A DNA stretch of 14,389 bases from Zygophlyctis sp. KS116 (Eukaryota > Fungi > Chytridiomycota), in NCBI GenBank assembly GCA_054661495.1, contig BAAFSQ010000250.1:1-14389 (forward strand), in the 5' to 3' direction. The notes under the pieces are model-generated. The model was not told where the DNA came from, ran no database searches, and worked only from the letters and a program-made list of their open reading frames with translations. Numbering within the stretch: the stretch's first letter is position 1; the number at the start of each line of letters is the position of its first letter. The translations under genes and the position numbers were made by a program. Positions 9,379 to 14,389 of this stretch are shown in pieces.

Positions 9379-12300
9379 ATGGGAAAAAGAGCTCCAAGAT
9401 TCAATCAAAAGGCTAGATCGTCATCTTTACCAGCTAATGCACTTCCTCATCCAAGTCCAAGGGATGCCCCAGCAGTGACTGAAGGAAGTAAAAAAATGTC
9501 CAAAAAGAAGAGGATCCGATTCGAAAAGTTTGTGGAGAAGCAATTGAAAAAGGAAAATAGAATTATACTAATGGAAAAACTAAAGGAATTCAAGACAAAC
9601 GATTTATTTCAATCGTCAAAAAATCTGGGGAAAACCGTTCAAGTTGCAGCAGAGAAATCAAAATCTGTGAATTCTTCAAGGAAATCCAAGGCAATGCAAA
9701 AGAGCAGTGGGGCTGAACTTACTGTTTACTCTGAATCATCTGATGATGAAGATGCTGATGATCAGCAAGACTGCAACCTTTCTAATGAAATTGAAATTCA
9801 TAATCATGCAGATGAATCAGTTGTCAAAAATGATTCAGTCAATATGGAATTATGTCTGGATGATGAGACTGAATCTGATAAAGTCGACAAGATTGTTCAA
9901 AGTAATCAGAATTTGGAAATTATACAAGAGGAAAAAAAAGATTCCAAGGGAATAGAGTCAAAAAAGTTGCTAAATGCTAAACCTGCATTCTATGTTCCTG
10001 TACATAGGCCAAAAGAGATATCAGTGGCTCGAATGTCACTTCCAGTGGTTGGAGAAGAGCAATTGATTATGGAGACTATAATGGAGAATGATGTTACTGT
10101 ACTTTGTAGTGAAACTGGGTCAGGTAAAACTACCCAACTTCCGCAATTTCTATATGAAGCTGGTTTTGGGCATCCAGAGCATTCGAGTTATTCTGGGATT
10201 ATTGGAATTACTCAACCTAGAAGAGTTGCTGCGGTCAGTATGGCTGCTCGTGTTAGTCATGAAATGAATTTATTTAATGGAGAAGTATCTTACCAAATAA
10301 GATATGACAAAGGTCAGGTTAATAGCAAGACAAGAATCAAGTTTATGACTGATGGGATTTTGCTTAGGGAGCTAAGTCATGGTGGGGTAACTTCTTCAAA
10401 CTCTTCTAGTCTACTTTTAGCAGATTATTCTTGCATAATTATTGATGAAGCTCATGAAAGAACTGTAGGAACTGATATTTTATTAGGATGGTTAACTAGA
10501 GTGGTTAAATTGCGTAATTCAGGTCGTATAGAAGGTGTCAGACCTTTAAAATTGATCATAATGAGTGCTACTCTTCGTGTTGAAGATTTTACAGAAAATA
10601 AGTCTTTGTTTCCTCAAGCTCCCCCGCCAGTGATAAATATTCCTGGTCGACAACATAAAGTTGTGATTCGCTATAATAGAAATACTAGCACAGATTATGC
10701 ATCTGAAGCATATAAAAAGGCAGTAAAGATCCATACTCGTTTACCGCAAGGAGGGATCTTAATTTTTGTAACAGGGCAACACGAGGTTCAAATGCTGGTT
10801 AGAAAATTGAGACTTAAATTTTCATCAGTTAAAACCGATGTCGAAGAAGAGCATCAAAAAGGCAATATTGAGGGATTAAACTTATTGGAAGAATATCAGG
10901 AAGATTCAGAAGACGATTATGACTTGGAAAATATTTCTGATTTTGACTCAGAGTCAGTTCATTCTGAGGAAGAAGAAGTTCAAATATTAAATGGCACAGT
11001 GGAAGACGAAGATGTTGAAATTTTGACAGAATCTGAAACTAAAAATCGAGGTATGAAATTTTAAATTTCTTAATTGAAAGGTCCGATGCATGTACTTCCA
11101 TTATATTCTCTTTTGCCCAAGCAAGCACAATTGCGAATTTTTGAATCACCTCCCGAAGGATCCAGGCTAGTAGTTGTAGCTACTAATATTGCTGAGACTT
11201 CATTGACTATTCCAGGAATTAAATATGTGATTGATTCTGGAAAATCAAAGGAGCGTCTATCTGATCCAAAAACTGGTCTTCAGCGTTTTTGTATTGATTG
11301 GACTTCTAAAGCCGCCGCTGATCAGAGAGCAGGCCGTGCAGGTCGTGTGGGTCCTGGTCATTGTTATCGTCTTTACAGCTCTGCTGTTTTTGGAAATTAT
11401 TTTTCAGAATTTGCATCGCCGGAAATATCTAGAGTCCCATTGGATGGAGTAATTCTTCAAATGAAGGCAGTAGGGATCCAAAATATTTTAAATTTCCCGT
11501 TCCCGACCCAACCAGATTTAACCCAGTTGAAATCATCATATGAGGTATTTTTCATAAACTTAGTTATAGCTTCTTAAACACTTAAATACTCTTGATTCTA
11601 ATGAAAACATCACCACTTTAGGAAAGCGAATGTCATGCTTCCCTGTTTCTCCTAGATTTGCAAAAATGTAATTTTAATGTTTTAATTGAATAGGTTAATC
11701 GTGGCCTCACAACAATCTACATCCATTTTTGAATTTACAGTTTGTATGGTATCAGGATTATCAGTTGGAAGCCCATTTATCCATTTAGATCAAGGAAATG
11801 AAGAAGATTTGCAAGATGAAGAAAAACGGAAGAAGCGAACATCCTACTATAAGACTATGCAGGTATTTTTGCATTTATTTAAATAATTAGATTTTTAGTG
11901 GTAATAATCCTACTAGTGATGCTTTAAAACTTTTATCTGCTATCGGAGCCTATAAATTCCATAATGGAAATAAACAAGAGTTTTGTGAATCTCATTTCCT
12001 ATCATTCAAAACTATGGAAGAAATCAGTAAACTAATAAGTCAAATTACAAAAATATCTCATAAAATCCTTGGAACACCTAGCACCCCAAGTATTTCTAGA
12101 CCTCCTTTGGTATCTGAACAAACTCAACTTTTACAAATTTTACTTTCTGGGAATCCTGACAGAATTGCTAGATTAGTAAAACGTGATCGAAATGTTGGAA
12201 TTTATGAAACCATAGACTCGAATCATTCCTGGAAAATCCATTCTAGCAGTTGTCAAAATCAAAACCATCCATCTTGGATAATCTATTTAGAATCAATTTC

Positions 12301-12865
12301 AAAATCTGTCAGTTTATCTATTGATCAAGAATCAACACTTGGAACTAATTCTGATAAATTCTATCTAAATTTGGTCTCTATAGTTGAACCCAATTGGATG
12401 ACTAATTTACTTCCTAAAGCTCTATTAAAAAGCGGCAAAATCCTTGATCAACCTCTACCTAGATATGATTCAACCTTGGACAGTATAATTGTTTACTTAT
12501 CTCCTACTTATGGACCTAAATCCTGGCCTCTATCTATTCAATCGCGCCCATTATCATCTAGTGATCCTGAATCACCACTTTTGGTCGCTAGATTCCTACT
12601 TCAAGGTAAATTATTCCCTAATTTCTCTTGGCCTCGTCTTCGTTTCAACCCATCTCTTTTGAATAGTTCTAGAGGACTATTATTAGGAAAACCCTTTATT
12701 CTACATCTGTTATCGTGTCTTGAGGGTGTACTTAATGTGCAAGATTTTAGAAAGAAATGGGAGACTGATCCTAATTGGTTATATCCTCAATTACTGGAAT
12801 GGATACATGAAGAATGCAGACAAGAGTTTTGCATTGGATGGAAAAGTTTGAAGTCAAATTTTTGA
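9379..12865 (+). CDS. DHX37: DEAH-box RNA helicase DHX37/Dhr1(Ecm16), 1125 aa, 5 exons
   Basis: Introns 11051-11080, 11545-11569, 11668-11693 and 11863-11890. Motifs: [86 protein letters not shown]. The VPVHRP..I..AR..LP segment and the acidic insert in RecA2 are typical of Dhr1. Confidence 0.93.
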
Positions 12866-12894
12866 GTGAAAATTTCTCGTAAAAAAAAATTGAA

Positions 12895-14389
12895 ATGATG
12901 ACGACTTCTACACAAGAGTCTCAAGTTTTTGTTGGAAAAGAATTGCACACAAAAGAACAAGAAGTTACTGAGACTATTCCATCGGTCCCTCAAGATGTTG
13001 AAATGGAAGAAGCTGTAAAACCAATGACGGCACCTGTTCCTTCAAATGGTTTGTCGTCGTCTGCTCCTTTAGCAGCTGCAGTGACTGATACTTCAAATGT
13101 CAGAGTTTTTGATTCTATGACTGATACAACTAGTACTGCTCAGTCTGCAGTACCCACAGGAGCTGAAGTACCTGAAATGCCATCTCTACCAGAACCAGCT
13201 CCTCATGCTGCTCCTCCTGTAGCTACTCCAGCTCCTCATGCTGCTGCTCCTCCTGTTACTACCGTTGTCAAGGAAGAAGTGACTGCTGTAGCCCAAAATG
13301 TGCCAAGTTCAAATGTAATGGATACTGCAGACTCAAACCCAAAAGAATCAGATACTGTTCAAAACTCTGTAGATGTAAAACCAGTCATAGAAACTGCTAC
13401 AGAAAGTATGCAGGGTACTTTAGTTCAACACGAGTTGGAAAAGTTGATTATTCAAGAGCAATTCAAGTTTGCTTCAAATATTGTGAAGCAGTTAAAAAAG
13501 AGAAAAGAAGGATTTCTCTTTAGTAATCCAGTAGATCCAGTTCAATTAAATATTCCTACATACTTTGATGTGATTGAATCTCCAATGGATTTATCAACAG
13601 TAGAAAAAAAGTTAAGTTCTCAGTCTTACAAGTCTCCTAATGAAGTAAAAGAAGATATTATTCTAATGTTTAATAATTGTTACAAATTTAATGGAATGGA
13701 AGCTCAAGTTTCAAAAATGGGAATGGATTTACAGAAATATTTTGAAAAAGAATGGGAAAAGTTGCCCAAAGAGGTGAGTAAATTCTTTCTAAAGTATTAG
13801 CTGAAAGAAAAGAAGAAAAAGTCTTCAAGGCCTATTAGTAATCAAACACATGGTGAAGGAGTACATCGTCCCAGAAGGGAAGTTACTTCTATTCCACGTG
13901 AGCCAACAGTTTCAGAAGTTAAGGCTTCTTCAGGACGGAAATTGACTCCACAATTGAAATTTGCCTCTTCTCTTTTAAGAGATTTAATGAAAAAGCATTA
14001 TAATCCGTACAATCTGGCTTTTCTTGTACCAGTGGATCCTGATGCTCTTGGAATTCCTCAATATAGAGACATTATCAAGAATCCAATGGATTTGTCTACA
14101 ATGAGAAAAAAGATGGACGCAGGGCAATATAAAGATGGTGATGAATTTGAAGCAGATGTGCGGTTAATGTTTAGAAATTGTTATACATTTAATGCTCCTG
14201 GCTCTGAAGTTTACAATTTGGGAAAGGAGTTGGAAGCTGTTTTTGATCGTAAATGGGCCGACAAACCAGCTCCAGGGGATTATATTGAAGACAAAAATAG
14301 AAGATCTTCTCATTATCACTCTGCAGTATATTTGGACGAAGAAGATTCTGGAGATGATGGTAAGTCTTTTTTTAAACTTAAATATAGAT
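12895..14389 (+). CDS. BDF1: BET-family double-bromodomain protein (Bdf1-like), 3' partial
   Basis: BD1 FSNPVDPVQLNIPTYFDVIESPMDL...NCYKFN; intron 13774-13800; linker RPRREV; BD2 FLVPVDPDALGIPQYRDIIKNPMDL...DVRLMFRNCYTFN; intron 14360-14387. The ET domain would lie beyond the window. Confidence 0.9.
13195..13263 (+). repeat. Coding tandem duplication (33/36 nt): PAPHAAPPVAT / PAPHAAAPPVTT
   Basis: ccagctcctcatgctgctcctcctgt at 13195 recurs at 13228 with one extra gct. Confidence 0.85.

Larger units (their letters stand above)
3429..14387 (+). other. Set of 23 ultra-short spliceosomal introns (24-30 nt)
   Basis: All are GT...AG. Donors: 22 GTA, 1 GTG. Acceptors: 21 TAG, 2 AAG. Most have a TAA/TGA branch-like triplet shortly before the AG. 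Removing them yields conserved protein motifs across the junctions. Confidence 0.9.

Noticed and set aside
10102-10134. DHX37 Walker A preceded by Ser ([10 protein letters not shown]) instead of the usual Gly
   Set aside because: The GSGKT core and the other helicase motifs are intact; most likely a tolerated substitution.
9707-11452. Alternate-frame plus-strand ORFs 9707-9955 (Met-rich) and 11231-11452
   Set aside because: Off-frame reads of DHX37; the Met runs come from GAT-GAT/GAT-GAA acidic codons.
1766-12993. Short minus-strand ORFs in the track (1766-2056, 2312-2503, 4444-4650, 5351-5572, 6454-6639, 6636-6833, 6995-7210, 10546-10734, 12787-12993)
   Set aside because: They are antisense shadows of well-supported plus-strand genes and have no recognisable motifs.
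3311-14389. Pseudogenes, frameshifts, stop-codon readthrough or an alternative genetic code as the cause of the fragmented ORFs
   Set aside because: Every break coincides with a GT...AG segment of 24-30 nt whose removal restores frame and conserved motifs; TAA, TAG and TGA all serve as true terminal stops.

Overview
AT-rich, very gene-dense eukaryotic DNA. The gene set (fungal-type Bdf1, Dhr1, Tfc8/GTF3C4 and Spo22, plus a TFG-like protein) suggests an early-diverging fungus such as a chytrid; this is inference. The fragmented ORF track is explained by 23 GT-AG introns of only 24-30 nt, which I placed by hand; each restores frame or removes stops, except one stop-free in-frame case. Gene order: probable 3' end of an upstream gene (3-71); intronless AMID/AIFM2-type oxidoreductase (-); a divergent intronless 4-TM protein with two tandem bacterial-like helical sensor modules; then SPO22/ZIP4/TEX11, a TFG-like PB1 protein, TFIIIC subunit GTF3C4/Tfc8, DEAH helicase DHX37/Dhr1 and a BET double-bromodomain protein that runs off the window. 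The last five are co-oriented with stop-to-start spacers of only 17-39 nt. Main points of interest: the orphan tandem-sensor receptor, tiny introns whose 3' splice site appears to be set by length, the operon-like packing with a shared spacer motif, and a TFG-like gene outside animals.
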